Assembly (NCBI GenBank): GCA_044507735.1
Contig: JBIQJB010000001.1
Span: 64,001-128,000, forward strand
Reading direction: 5' to 3'
DNA length: 64,000 nucleotides
Source of the DNA: Nitrosopumilales archaeon
GTDB lineage: Archaea; Thermoproteota; Nitrososphaeria; Nitrososphaerales; Nitrososphaeraceae
This document shows, piece after piece, positions 39,167 to 49,107 of the stretch. Under the pieces are notes generated by a model. That model ran no database searches, was not told where the DNA came from, and saw only the letters and a list, made by a program, of their open reading frames with translations. The position numbers and the translations under genes are program-made. Numbering within the stretch: the stretch's first letter is position 1; every line of letters begins with the position of its first letter.

Positions 39167-39676
39167 CTAGCTCAGTTCAACAACCGAAAGCGTCTCATAA
39201 AACAGCCTTTTTTCCTTTACCACTTTCTTGACCATCTTTTTCTCTCCTATCAGTTTGTCAAGGGCCGCCGAGTTCGCCAGCGACGAGACAACAAACAGCA
39301 TTTTGCCTCCACGGGCAAGCAAGGGTAATGCGGATTCGATAAAGTGGATTGTGGTCTCAATGCCCTGCGGCCCTCCGTGAACCGTCGAGTCTCGGACACT
39401 GTCGTCGGGCAGATATGGCGGGTTGCTCACTATCAGGTCGAATCTTCTTCCGGTGAACGCCGAGGCCGCGTCGCAGCAAACAAGCATCGCGTCTGATCTG
39501 CCGCGGCAGTATTGTAGCGCCTGCAAGTCTATATCAGATCCTGCAACATGTTCAAACCCTTTTTCAAGCAGGTTGAGGAGAACGCCAGATCCTATTCCGA
39601 TTTCGAGCGCCCACCTGCCGCTGTACTGCTTTATGCATTCGGCCAGCAGAAAACTGTCATCGGACGGTACGTACAT
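39167..39676 (-). CDS. HemK2/MTQ2-type protein methyltransferase
   Basis: YVPSDDSFLL, EIGIGSG, NPPY. Confidence 0.9.
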   Translation of the reverse strand: MYVPSDDSFLLAECIKQYSGRWALEIGIGSGVLLNLLEKGFEHVAGSDIDLQALQYCRGRSDAMLVCCDAASAFTGRRFDLIVSNPPYLPDDSVRDSTVHGGPQGIETTIHFIESALPLLARGGKMLFVVSSLANSAALDKLIGEKKMVKKVVKEKRLFYETLSVVELS

Positions 39677-39683
39677 TTTCGCA

Positions 39684-40400
39684 TCATCTCATCTCTTCTG
39701 CCACCCTGACAACATCTGCGGGCGGAAGCTGGTCTATCCGCTTGTCTCCAAAATCTGCCTTGATGCTGCTGGCGTTGGCGACGACTGTCGAAGCTCTCTT
39801 GTTCCTTTTTGAGAAAAGGAAATTGAGGTTCCTTATTGTTTTCATTGTCACTGTATTGACAGGAGTTACCCTGATGACCGCAGATTCTACCCTTGGCTGC
39901 GGCTCAAACGATTGCCTTTCTACTTTGAACAACTTTTCAATGGAAAAGCAGTGCGCGGCCAGCGCTGAAATAGCTCGATAGTTTTCGCTGCCGGGCTTTG
40001 CAACAAGCTTGTCTGCAAATTCCTGCTGAACCATCACTATTGCCCTGTCGAACTCTTGTGTCGCAAGCCATTCAAAGGCATCCCTGCTACGCGAATAGGG
40101 GAGGTTTGAAGCAAATACGTCAAATTCAATGCCTGTTTTCTTGAACAGGTCGGCATTTACAAGCTCTAGATTCTGGAACTGTAGCTGCGATCTTGCTTGA
40201 TTGTACAGCTTTTTGTCAATTTCATATGAAACTACTTTCCTTGCAGCCTTGCAAAGCTCTGCCGTGAGGATCCCGCGCCCGGTGCCTGCCTCAAGGACCA
40301 CCTCTCCGCTGCCTATCTTGGCAGCATTCATGATGCTGGCAAGGATTCTCCTGTCAACAAGCATGTGCTGGCCAAGCGAATGGGTGGTGATCCTTGGCAA
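39684..40400 (-). CDS. rsmA: 16S rRNA adenine dimethyltransferase RsmA/KsgA
   Basis: LGQHML, EAGTGRG.LT, SNLPY, F.PQPRVES. Confidence 0.9.
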   Translation of the reverse strand: MPRITTHSLGQHMLVDRRILASIMNAAKIGSGEVVLEAGTGRGILTAELCKAARKVVSYEIDKKLYNQARSQLQFQNLELVNADLFKKTGIEFDVFASNLPYSRSRDAFEWLATQEFDRAIVMVQQEFADKLVAKPGSENYRAISALAAHCFSIEKLFKVERQSFEPQPRVESAVIRVTPVNTVTMKTIRNLNFLFSKRNKRASTVVANASSIKADFGDKRIDQLPPADVVRVAEEMR

Positions 40401-41012
40401 CTACTTTCGCACAAAAAGGTTCATTCTGGCCTGCCCCATTATCTCCTCGATTATCCTCTTTGACACAAGCTTGGCAGGATCTCGAAGTCCTACTCTGTTC
40501 TGCAGGTCTGCAAAGTTCTCGAATTTCTTCTTGTCTCTTTCTTTGATTATCGTCATCATGTATGTCTTGCCGATGCCCGGAATGAGCTCTAGCGCATGAA
40601 TCCTTGGAGTTATTGGCTGCGCCATATTGATGTATTCTACAAACCGCTTTTCGTTTGCAACCACAATTTTTTCGACAATGTTTGGCAGCTCATTCTTTGC
40701 CGCCTGCGAAATGTCGTTGTATTCTAGCCTTCCAAGGACACTTGCAACCTTGTCGCGGCCTTCACGTCCAATGTACAATCGTTCGCCAAGCTCCACCGTC
40801 GCATTTTGTACACCCAACAGCTCAAGCAGAGTCAGGCGCTCCTCGCCTATGGCCTGAATTATGACGCCCTCTCTGCCCCTTACAGTTACTGATTTGCCTC
40901 TTGGGGTATAGTCGAGGACGTAGGCGTACTCTTCATATCTCTTGGGCTGTCCATGATCTGCGGCATGAGCAGATGATGCCGCATCGGGTGTAGACGGTGG
41001 TTGTCCTGACAA
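40401..41012 (-). CDS. DUF655 family RNA-binding protein
   Basis: EEYAYVLDY, HALELIPGIGK HhH; conserved rpl21e-rpo4-DUF655-rsmA order. Confidence 0.92.
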   Translation of the reverse strand: MSGQPPSTPDAASSAHAADHGQPKRYEEYAYVLDYTPRGKSVTVRGREGVIIQAIGEERLTLLELLGVQNATVELGERLYIGREGRDKVASVLGRLEYNDISQAAKNELPNIVEKIVVANEKRFVEYINMAQPITPRIHALELIPGIGKTYMMTIIKERDKKKFENFADLQNRVGLRDPAKLVSKRIIEEIMGQARMNLFVRK

Positions 41013-41042
41013 TGTTCAATCACTATATACGAGAGTGGGTAT

Positions 41043-41375
41043 TTAACTTTGGGTGCCATCCTTGAGGATATTCAGCATTTTGTCCAGCGTTTCTGTGAGG
41101 ATCAGCTTTTTCCACCCAAAGGTAAAGGCTCTCAGTTCTTCGAGCGACACGGGCATGATGTTGACCACTTCGACAGCCTCTTCCTCGGTTAGGTCGCACT
41201 CATCTACGAGCCTGCGCACCATCTTTTGGGCGGTCTTTGAATCTACTTTGGCAAACTTGGTGACATAATCGGCAGTCCAGCGTTGGATCTGGTCCATGTC
41301 GTCGGGCTTGACCGACTCCAAGATTTCCTTAACATGGGGAAGTGTGATTATCTCTTTCTTGATTATATCAGTCAT
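41043..41375 (-). CDS. rpo4: RNA polymerase subunit Rpo4 (F)
   Basis: Size, YVTKFAK, VVNIMP.SLEELR; operon context. Confidence 0.9.
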   Translation of the reverse strand: MTDIIKKEIITLPHVKEILESVKPDDMDQIQRWTADYVTKFAKVDSKTAQKMVRRLVDECDLTEEEAVEVVNIMPVSLEELRAFTFGWKKLILTETLDKMLNILKDGTQS

Positions 41376-41692
41376 TGGCTATTGGCACCTGCCGTCGGCA
41401 TTTCTGCCATGCCCGCAAGCGGCTTGACGTGGTTAAAGCGGGTCTGGAGTATTTTCTTCTTGTCGCCAAACATCACGGCAACTCTCAGGGTGCGCCTGCC
41501 AACTCCTTCCACAACGCCTATCCTGCCATGGAATCGCCTGTGAGGGGTGGTGTTGTGTTCTCTTGGGTCAATGTCTACAACAACCTTGTCTCCAACCTTA
41601 TAATCGTGAAGCAGATATGATATTCCCCTGACCACATTGCCCTTCGTCAGGATGGAGCGAGCCTTTCTTCTAGTACCGTGTGAACGTGGCAT
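41372..41692 (-). CDS. rpl21e: 50S ribosomal protein L21e
   Basis: SHGTRRKAR, YKVGDKV, PHRRFHGRIG, HVKP. Confidence 0.95.
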   Translation of the reverse strand: MPRSHGTRRKARSILTKGNVVRGISYLLHDYKVGDKVVVDIDPREHNTTPHRRFHGRIGVVEGVGRRTLRVAVMFGDKKKILQTRFNHVKPLAGMAEMPTAGANSQ

Positions 41693-41724
41693 AGCAAGCC
41701 GGTGTCACCAGCCATAATTTAATA

Positions 41725-42711
41725 TTATCTACCTTCGTTGACATCTGAAATTCCGCGGTCGGACAGCATGAACAGCACTTCTCGTTCGGCATGGTACGGG
41801 CTATCGACCATCCTTGCTATCCTATTCTTACCAGAGCGCTTCAAGTGTATCCTGTAGGTGCTTGTATGCGCGATCACGTTGCCGCCAGTCGCTCTGACGG
41901 TGTCACCAAAGTAGGCGTCAGGCGAGGCCTGTATCTGGTTTGTCACGACTACAGCCACCTCATATGTTTCAGCAATCCTTACCAGAATGTGCATGAACCT
42001 GTTCAGGCGCTGCTGTCGTTCTGACAGCGTGGCGCGGCCCAGGAATTCGGCCCGGTAATGCGCCACTGCCGAGTCGACTATCACCAGCTTCACATTATTT
42101 TCCTCTATGATCCCGCCCGCTTCTTCGATAATGAGCTCCTGATGTGCGCTGTTGTACGCCTTTGCAACAATGATGTTTTCTAGTGCTTTGTGCGAGTCAA
42201 AACCTCGCGCCTGTGCAATCGAAACGATTCTTTCCGGACGGAACGTGTTTTCAGTATCGATGTAAAGCGCCTTTGCTCCAAGACCTCCTGCGGATCCGTC
42301 CTGCTGTACCAGTACGCACAGCGTATGGCAAAGCTGTGTCTTGCCAGTGCCAAACTCTCCATAGACTTCGGTCACGGCCTTGGTTTCCAGGCCTCCTCCG
42401 AGCAGATCGTCAAAGCTTTTTGAGCCCGTCGATATGCGCTCTCTTCCCCTGCCGTAGAGGCTAGTTGCCGTGACAAAGCTTTTCTCAATTATTCCCATCT
42501 CTTCCAGCATCACCCTGGCCTTGTTGCATATCTCAACGGACTCGTCCATCTCCATCCCTGTAGCTTCTGCGATATCGACCGGTCCTCTTACAAGAAGGTC
42601 TCGGATTGACCTAAAACCTGCCTCCTTGAGACGCTTCTCAGTAGCAGGCCCTATCTCCTCAATGCTTGAAAGAGCCAGTCGAGTTGAAGAAGCATCCCCA
42701 GAAGCAGACAA
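41725..42711 (-). CDS. radA: DNA repair and recombination protein RadA
   Basis: GEFGTGKTQ, IDTENTFRPER, GRATLSERQQ, DSP. Confidence 0.95.
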   Translation of the reverse strand: MSASGDASSTRLALSSIEEIGPATEKRLKEAGFRSIRDLLVRGPVDIAEATGMEMDESVEICNKARVMLEEMGIIEKSFVTATSLYGRGRERISTGSKSFDDLLGGGLETKAVTEVYGEFGTGKTQLCHTLCVLVQQDGSAGGLGAKALYIDTENTFRPERIVSIAQARGFDSHKALENIIVAKAYNSAHQELIIEEAGGIIEENNVKLVIVDSAVAHYRAEFLGRATLSERQQRLNRFMHILVRIAETYEVAVVVTNQIQASPDAYFGDTVRATGGNVIAHTSTYRIHLKRSGKNRIARMVDSPYHAEREVLFMLSDRGISDVNEGR

Positions 42712-42836
42712 GCGCTACCACTACACCTTTACACTTGCCACTAATTAGCATTAATACAATGCGAAATTCGGCTTCGAAAGGCGCACCATAAAAGTATATA
42801 TCTTTGTTCTTTCTGGTCTACCTAAGATATAGGGAT

Positions 42837-43394
42837 ATGATGGAAAGCAAGACGTTGGTCGTGACGGCTCTTGCGACTGTCATGGTGCTGTCAGCATTCG
42901 CGTTTGCGTTCCAGAACGCAGATGCACACGGTGTACAGGCACAGCTTCAGAGCAGATTCGTAAGGATTGATAATGAGCAATTTTCTGACCAGACACTGAA
43001 CACAGGCGAAACACTGACAGTAACAGGCGAGCTCAAGAGCTTGGTTAATAGGCCACTCAGAGCATGGCTGTCATTGTTCAGCGAATCATCAAACGCGGGC
43101 AACAGATGGGAGTTCTTGAGCAGAGATCCACCAGGCAACATATTCGACATCCCACCAGGTGCAACGATTCCATATGAGATCACTGTGAAGGCTCTCGAAC
43201 CAGGCACATACCACGTACACACACAGCTCAACGTTGAGCACGTTGGCCCAGGTCTCGGCAGGGGTGCGACAGTGAACGTAAGCGGTGAGCCTATATTGAA
43301 AGAAATTCCATATAGCAACATCGTTTACCAGTGTGTAATCATTGGCGCTGGCCTAGGCGTGACCTTCGCAACAAGACCGTGGCAAGTCATCTAA
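42837..43394 (+). CDS. amoB: Ammonia monooxygenase subunit B
   Basis: Signal peptide then HGVQAQLQSRF, NAGNRWEF, YHVHTQLN, TRPWQVI; ATG 42837 or 42840. Confidence 0.97.
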   Translation: MMESKTLVVTALATVMVLSAFAFAFQNADAHGVQAQLQSRFVRIDNEQFSDQTLNTGETLTVTGELKSLVNRPLRAWLSLFSESSNAGNRWEFLSRDPPGNIFDIPPGATIPYEITVKALEPGTYHVHTQLNVEHVGPGLGRGATVNVSGEPILKEIPYSNIVYQCVIIGAGLGVTFATRPWQVI

Positions 43395-43410
43395 AAGCCA
43401 CAACCAACCC

Positions 43411-43434
43411 TTTTTCCTTTTAATTTTTAATTTT
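43411..43434 (+). terminator. Oligo-T terminator after amoB
   Basis: TTTTTCCTTTTAATTTTTAATTTT just downstream of the stop codon. Confidence 0.55.
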
Positions 43435-43799
43435 ATCAGATTCTGGCGAAAACGCCTCTGCTGTATTTGGAGCAGATGAAGATAGTCTCGCTGATTCTAT
43501 GTAGTGATTGCTGCCTGGTTTTCGCCTATCTGGCCAAGATCGTACTGCAATGGGATGCCCGGTGGGCGCTTGCAGAGGGCCAGAGATACTACTACTGCAT
43601 TGGGGCAAGCTTTCTCTCTTCAACTGCTTCTTGCCATCTTAGAACATTTGTTTGCCGGGTACAAGATTCTGCGTTCGCACAAGTGTACATGGCCATTCAG
43701 AAACAAATGAAGGGTTTGGCATCCTGCACAGTGACAGAATCCTGATCTGATGTTCCTCGGTCAGAGTATTCGATCAAGTTACTTTGAAATAGACAAACT

Positions 43800-43820
43800 T
43801 ACTACTACTACTACTACTAC
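43800..43820. repeat. (TAC)7 trinucleotide microsatellite
   Basis: Seen directly, next to the stop of the cobJ/cbiH gene. Confidence 0.9.
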
Positions 43821-43822
43821 TG

Positions 43823-44617
43823 TTATTGCTTCATTGTCTCTTTGACCAGCTCGTACTTGGATGTGTAGCCTCGAGGGTTTATCATCATACCCTTGTAGTT
43901 GAAGGTAGATGAGTTCCCCACGATGACGGTGGTTATCATTCCAAGCATGTCTGGAAAGTCGAGCATCTTGTCGAGAGTTGTTATGACTACCTGCTGGCTT
44001 TCTCTATACGCACCCTTGACTATCGCAACTGGCGTTTCCGGCTTTCTGTATTTCAGGAATATCTCCCGTGTATCGCGAAGCTGGTGCACGCGCTTTTTGC
44101 TGGCGGGGTTGTAGATGACTGTGACGTAGTCGCCCAAGGCAGCCGCTTCAACTCTCTTTACAATGATGTCCCATGGAACCAGCAGGTCGCTCATGCTGAC
44201 GACTGCAAAATCTGTCATAAGCGGTGATCCTACAAGTGCCGCACATGAATTGAGCGAAGAAACTCCTGGCACACATTCAACGTAAATTCCCTTGTCCTTG
44301 TCCCATCCCTTTTCCGCCAAGATTTCGTAGATCAAGCCTATCATGCCATAAATGCCCGGGTCGCCTGATGAGACAAGTGAAACGACCTTGCCTCTTTCCG
44401 CAAAATCGATAGCCTGGTTGGCGCGATCAACTTCTTGTGTCATAGGGTACCGATGAACTTCCTTACCAGCTATCAGGTCCTCTACAAGACTTACGTACGT
44501 ATCATAACCTATGATGACTTCGCTTTCGTCAATAACCTCCTTTGCGCGATAAGTCATGTGATCATGGCTTCCCGGCCCGATACCAACCACGTACAGCTTG
44601 CCCCTTCTAGCACTCAT
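43823..44617 (-). CDS. cobJ: Precorrin-3B C17-methyltransferase (CobJ/CbiH)
   Basis: VVGIGPG, SSGDPGIYGM, GSPLMTDF..SMSDLL.PW, YNP.SKKR, NPRGY. Confidence 0.93.
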   Translation of the reverse strand: MSARRGKLYVVGIGPGSHDHMTYRAKEVIDESEVIIGYDTYVSLVEDLIAGKEVHRYPMTQEVDRANQAIDFAERGKVVSLVSSGDPGIYGMIGLIYEILAEKGWDKDKGIYVECVPGVSSLNSCAALVGSPLMTDFAVVSMSDLLVPWDIIVKRVEAAALGDYVTVIYNPASKKRVHQLRDTREIFLKYRKPETPVAIVKGAYRESQQVVITTLDKMLDFPDMLGMITTVIVGNSSTFNYKGMMINPRGYTSKYELVKETMKQ

Positions 44618-44649
44618 GTTTGCAAAAACTGAGATTGAGGGGATGCAAT

Positions 44650-46062
44650 TTATCCTTTTCCAGCGGCTCTTGCCAACTCGAACTCTTCATGCAGTGCCCG
44701 CACAGCAACTTCGCAGTCCTTGTCATTTACGACAAAGGCTAGGTTCAGCTCCGAAGAGCCTTGGGCAATCATTATGACGTTTACTCCGCGCTTTGCAACA
44801 GCGCCAAACACCTTGGCTGCGACCCCCTTTATGCCGCGCATCCCCGATCCAACTACCGCAATGACAGCCACATCGTCGTTTACATTTATGTGCTTGATCA
44901 CCTTGCCGAGAAGGCTGAGCTCCAGCGTCGTAGTGGCCTTGTCAAGATCTGTCTTTCTGACTACCATTGAAATGCTTGACTCTGACGGGCTCTGCGAAAT
45001 CATCATGATGTTTACCCGGTTCTTGGCCAGAGTATCAAATATCTTGGCCGCAGTTCCAGGCGTCCCCACCATACCACCACCGCTCACATCAATGAGGGCC
45101 GTGTGGCGTATCGCGCTTACCGACTTGACTATCTTTTGGGACTGTTTGCTAGGGTTCTGGGTGATCAGGGTGCCGGAATGTTTTACATTGAAGGTGTTGC
45201 GAATTCTTATCGGGATCTTTGTATCGATCACAGGCTCGAGCGCGCGAGGATGCATATACTTTGCACCAAAGAGCGCCAATTCCATCGCTTCTGCAAACGA
45301 CACTTCTCTGAGCACCTGTGCATCTGGTACTATTTTCGGATCGGCCGTCATCAGGCCATCGACGTCGCTCCAGAGCCACACTTCATCTGCGCCGATGCTT
45401 GCCGCGATCATTGTGGCCGTATAGTCAGAACCTCCCCGGCCTATGGTGGTGATGTTGCCATGCTGGTCAGCGCCAATAAATCCGGTGACCACAGGAACTG
45501 AACGATCCTTGAGCATCGGTTCAAGTTTGTGGCTCACCCGAAGTTTCGTGGTGTCCATCAGTGGCCTTGCCTCACCAAAGTTGGAATCCGTGACTATGCC
45601 TGCCTCTTTCCCAGTAAGGTGAACAGATTTGATTCCTATATCCTGTAGTGCAAATGAGACTATTGGGGTTGAGAGTCGCTCGCCAAACGACATCAGGTAG
45701 TCCAGCGACTTGGGCGTCACTTCGCCCAGAAGCACGATGCCGCCAAGCACGTCCTTGAGCTCGCTGATGATTTCTTGAACAGCCGCACTAGCCTCCTCCT
45801 TCAGCTTCTTGTCTGAAATTGCTTTTTCCACAATCTCAGCATGGATTTTGGCGGCCCTTTTCACAAACTCGTCAATCGATGTCTTGTCACCACGTTTGAC
45901 GCTGTCGGCTATTGAAAGCAGGCCGTCGGTCATGCCGCGAACGGCTGAAACTACGCATACAATTTCGCTGTCCTTCTTGTGTGATTTCACCAACTGAGCA
46001 ACGTGTCTAACCTTGTCTGGCGAGTCCACCGCAGTGCCGCCGAACTTCATCACAAGGCGCAT
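44650..46062 (-). CDS. lysC: Aspartate kinase
   Basis: MKFGGT, SFGERLS, GRGGSDYTA, DVDG..TADP, two ACT domains. Confidence 0.95.
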   Translation of the reverse strand: MRLVMKFGGTAVDSPDKVRHVAQLVKSHKKDSEIVCVVSAVRGMTDGLLSIADSVKRGDKTSIDEFVKRAAKIHAEIVEKAISDKKLKEEASAAVQEIISELKDVLGGIVLLGEVTPKSLDYLMSFGERLSTPIVSFALQDIGIKSVHLTGKEAGIVTDSNFGEARPLMDTTKLRVSHKLEPMLKDRSVPVVTGFIGADQHGNITTIGRGGSDYTATMIAASIGADEVWLWSDVDGLMTADPKIVPDAQVLREVSFAEAMELALFGAKYMHPRALEPVIDTKIPIRIRNTFNVKHSGTLITQNPSKQSQKIVKSVSAIRHTALIDVSGGGMVGTPGTAAKIFDTLAKNRVNIMMISQSPSESSISMVVRKTDLDKATTTLELSLLGKVIKHINVNDDVAVIAVVGSGMRGIKGVAAKVFGAVAKRGVNVIMIAQGSSELNLAFVVNDKDCEVAVRALHEEFELARAAGKG

Positions 46063-46065
46063 ATG

Positions 46066-46818
46066 CTAATCCTGGACCCTGGGAGCTAGGTAGAAGTGTA
46101 TCCTACCTACGTTTGCTATCTTGAATTCTAGCCTGAGGGGCATCTTGCTAGAATATTCTGCTGTCACCGAGCCGCCCATAGAAACTACTGCCTTGGTTAT
46201 CTTTGAGAGATAGTCCAAGCTATAGGTAGCTTTGCTCTCTTCCTTGACAGCTAGCTCCTCAAGCCCTTCGTTGCCCGCTTCAAGTACAATTTCGGCTTCA
46301 CCAGAGTCTCCTCTACCCGAAAAATTGATCTTGTCGGATTTTGATTCAAGAGAAATGTATTCGGAGACCACCTGAACATCTGACAGCACCTTGTCGAAGG
46401 CATCAGCGCTAAGCACTACCTTGGAATTGAAGTTGAGCTTTGGCAGAGGGGTAGAGCTTGCCGAGCTTTCTATCAGGCGGGTCTTGTACTCTCGCTTGTA
46501 GCCATTAGACATCTTCACGTGGAGCATGCTATCATCGCCAAGCGATATTTCTATTGAATCCTTTTTGTCTGCCCTTCTGATCAGCTTTGAAAACTCGTCG
46601 ACTCTTATGCCAAACTTTATCAGACTATCGCACTCGTACCTCTCAAACGCGTGGTTTGGCCAATGGATATCAATGAGTGCAATGTGGGATGGATCCATGC
46701 CACGGAAAGAAATGCCCTCTGCTGCGGCTTCGAACGTTGCCTCGTCAACAAGAGTCGAGATTGCAGACGCTACGGCCTTCCATTCATCGGGCGACTTGCT
46801 TCTAGCTACAAATACCAA
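46066..46818 (-). CDS. pcn: DNA sliding clamp PCNA
   Basis: MDPSHIAL, YSLDYL, PLRLEF, YLAPR. Confidence 0.95.
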   Translation of the reverse strand: MVFVARSKSPDEWKAVASAISTLVDEATFEAAAEGISFRGMDPSHIALIDIHWPNHAFERYECDSLIKFGIRVDEFSKLIRRADKKDSIEISLGDDSMLHVKMSNGYKREYKTRLIESSASSTPLPKLNFNSKVVLSADAFDKVLSDVQVVSEYISLESKSDKINFSGRGDSGEAEIVLEAGNEGLEELAVKEESKATYSLDYLSKITKAVVSMGGSVTAEYSSKMPLRLEFKIANVGRIHFYLAPRVQD

Positions 46819-46869
46819 ATTACTGTATGTGGCAGCTCCATCGGATTTTAAAGATATCGGAACCGACTA

Positions 46870-47205
46870 CTAGGCATAGTTGCGCCAAGTGTGGTTGCAC
46901 TTGGTGCATCTGTAGAATTGCGTGGTTGCTTCATCAGCAGATCTTGTCTGGAGCATCCACCAAAAAGCTGTGTCATTCTTGCATTCCGGACACTCGATAT
47001 TTGTAGTTGGCAAAGCCTCAACTCCTTCCCCGTCCATGACCTTTAGCGAAACGTCCGAGCTGCTAGTCTTCTTGGCTTCTTCTTGTTTTCTCGGTTTCTC
47101 TTCCTGGTCTCGCTTTGCCCTATACCCGCATTTTGGGCACGCAATAACTACCTCTTCACCCGGCGCGGGGCGGAGACGTGTTTCGCACTTTGGACAGAAG
47201 CGCAA
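46870..47205 (-). CDS. tfs: Transcription factor S (TFS)
   Basis: FCPKC..., QTRSADE acidic hairpin, two zinc ribbons. Confidence 0.95.
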   Translation of the reverse strand: MRFCPKCETRLRPAPGEEVVIACPKCGYRAKRDQEEKPRKQEEAKKTSSSDVSLKVMDGEGVEALPTTNIECPECKNDTAFWWMLQTRSADEATTQFYRCTKCNHTWRNYA

Positions 47206-47222
47206 GGTGGAAAAGCCTCTTT

Positions 47223-47501
47223 TTACTTCTTGAGCGCGGACTTTACTATGCTGAGCAGCTCTTTGGAATATTCCTGAGCAGAGACAGCCGCATCCTGAAC
47301 GACTTCCATCGGATCCTTTCTCTTTGTGGCAATTCTCATCTGGTATTCCTTCGTTAGCGGATGCTTCTGGATGACGCCCGCAAAGTCTACGCTCTTTTCC
47401 TTCAAGAGCTCATGCTGTACAATGTATAAAATAGAAATATCCTCGTCACGAATTTTTAGCTCAATTTCATTATCCTTTACGTCGGAAATTTCAGCCTGCA
47501 T
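47223..47501 (-). CDS. rpo11: RNA polymerase subunit Rpo11 (L)
   Basis: V.FAG...HPL motif; directly upstream of tfs-pcn. Confidence 0.88.
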   Translation of the reverse strand: MQAEISDVKDNEIELKIRDEDISILYIVQHELLKEKSVDFAGVIQKHPLTKEYQMRIATKRKDPMEVVQDAAVSAQEYSKELLSIVKSALKK

Positions 47502-47558
47502 GAACGCAATACAGACAACTACTTATTGAGGATATAAATGATACCATCAGGACGAAAA

Positions 47559-48074
47559 ATGGCTGATAGCTTCATCGCCGGCGCGACCCTTGAAAAATCG
47601 CAGGACAATGTCAAGTCCGGCCAGCCCCTTACACTCAGCCTCAGCTTCAAGATTAGTGGTGCGATAAGAGAGGCGTTTACTCAAAAGAATTGGGAGCGCG
47701 CTTACAACAAGCATGACAACGGCTTTAGGATGACAATAGAAGTCGACATCAAATCGGGTAGAACGGTAATCATGCCCCTAAAATTTGTAAGAAAGGCAGC
47801 ACTGTTTTGGACACGCAATCCAAAGATCCCATACAGGATTTGGGTCTCCATAGTCAAGGACGAGGCGCCATTCTACCCTATAACTGAAGAAGAAGCCCGG
47901 TCGCTGCTATTCGATGTCAACAAGGTGATCGAGTTGAGTGGAAACGATCTTGATTCCGGCACACACAAACTTCATGCAGACATACGCGTTTCATGGGGCA
48001 AGCACGACTATACCGAACCAATAGAGATCAAGGGAAAATCAAACGAGATAAGCATTACACGTGTAGCTGCTTGA
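47559..48074 (+). CDS. Hypothetical protein
   Basis: Clean ORF; TATAAA about 21 nt before ATG 47559. Confidence 0.75.
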   Translation: MADSFIAGATLEKSQDNVKSGQPLTLSLSFKISGAIREAFTQKNWERAYNKHDNGFRMTIEVDIKSGRTVIMPLKFVRKAALFWTRNPKIPYRIWVSIVKDEAPFYPITEEEARSLLFDVNKVIELSGNDLDSGTHKLHADIRVSWGKHDYTEPIEIKGKSNEISITRVAA

Positions 48075-48122
48075 CCGCGAATGCCTTCAAATTTTTTATA
48101 GTAGATTGTTTCATGCGTTTTT

Positions 48123-49061
48123 ATGACTGACAGCCAGAGCGATGACGCTAATAGCAGAAAAGGGTTCTTTGACACAAGACGAATTGGTGTTTTGCTGGCT
48201 ATTGTTGGCGCGTCCATCATAGTCGCTCTCATTGTTTACGGTATTAGCACTGTCGTCCCGGTGCAGCAGCACGTGGATGCGGAAGACATTCAGGGCAAAG
48301 TGCTTGTGACTAGGACAATGACATCGATTCAAGATCCAGGTGCTGGCCATGAAACCCATCAAGTTGTGATGTTTCTACCGCCGCTTGCAGAAGATGTGAT
48401 CTATAGTGGAACGCTAACCTGGGCAGCCAGCGGTCCTGTCGAGGTGTTCACATACCATCATTATGATGGGCCGGCCAACAACTCTCCTCCTCTATATAGA
48501 GAGCCGTCAAATGGTGTAACTTATGCTTCACCGCTATTCTATATCCCACCAGATTCTGAAGATCACGGTTCAATGCAGCTCGCCGCTAATGCTATCGGTT
48601 TTCATAGCCTTGTAGGATCAAAGTTCATGGTAACTGCAACCTTTGACGGTTGGACCAAGAAAGTTGATCTTGTGCCCTATTCGGATAGCACCAAGAACAG
48701 CGCAGATGCGATGGCGCCATCACCCATTATCGCCCCAACAACAGTCGATCCTCAAAAGATGAACTATACAATCTTGACTGAAGACGAAATCCAGGATTTG
48801 CTTGAGATGCAACTAAAAGGCTGGGAGCTTGTTGATGGCAAGCTCCACAAGACATTCCGATTCGACGACTTCACCCATGCCTTCCAGTTCATGTACAAAG
48901 TCGGGCTCGAAGCAGAAAAGATGAACCATCATCCGGACTGGACCAACAATTACAATACAGTGTCTGCATATCTGTACACCTGGAGCGTTGATAACAAGAT
49001 TACAGACTATGACATCAGATTGGCGGAAATCATGGATAGAGAAGCTGCAGCATTAGAGTAG
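48123..49061 (+). CDS. Membrane-anchored fusion: QDPGxGHExHQ domain + pterin-4a-carbinolamine dehydratase domain
   Basis: N-terminal TM; C-terminal GW...KTFRF.DF..A..F...AEKMNHHPDW...Y...TW...D. Confidence 0.8.
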   Translation: MTDSQSDDANSRKGFFDTRRIGVLLAIVGASIIVALIVYGISTVVPVQQHVDAEDIQGKVLVTRTMTSIQDPGAGHETHQVVMFLPPLAEDVIYSGTLTWAASGPVEVFTYHHYDGPANNSPPLYREPSNGVTYASPLFYIPPDSEDHGSMQLAANAIGFHSLVGSKFMVTATFDGWTKKVDLVPYSDSTKNSADAMAPSPIIAPTTVDPQKMNYTILTEDEIQDLLEMQLKGWELVDGKLHKTFRFDDFTHAFQFMYKVGLEAEKMNHHPDWTNNYNTVSAYLYTWSVDNKITDYDIRLAEIMDREAAALE

Positions 49062-49107
49062 TCACACTCTGAGGATTTATATGATTAAAATGCGCAGTTA
49101 GCTCTCA

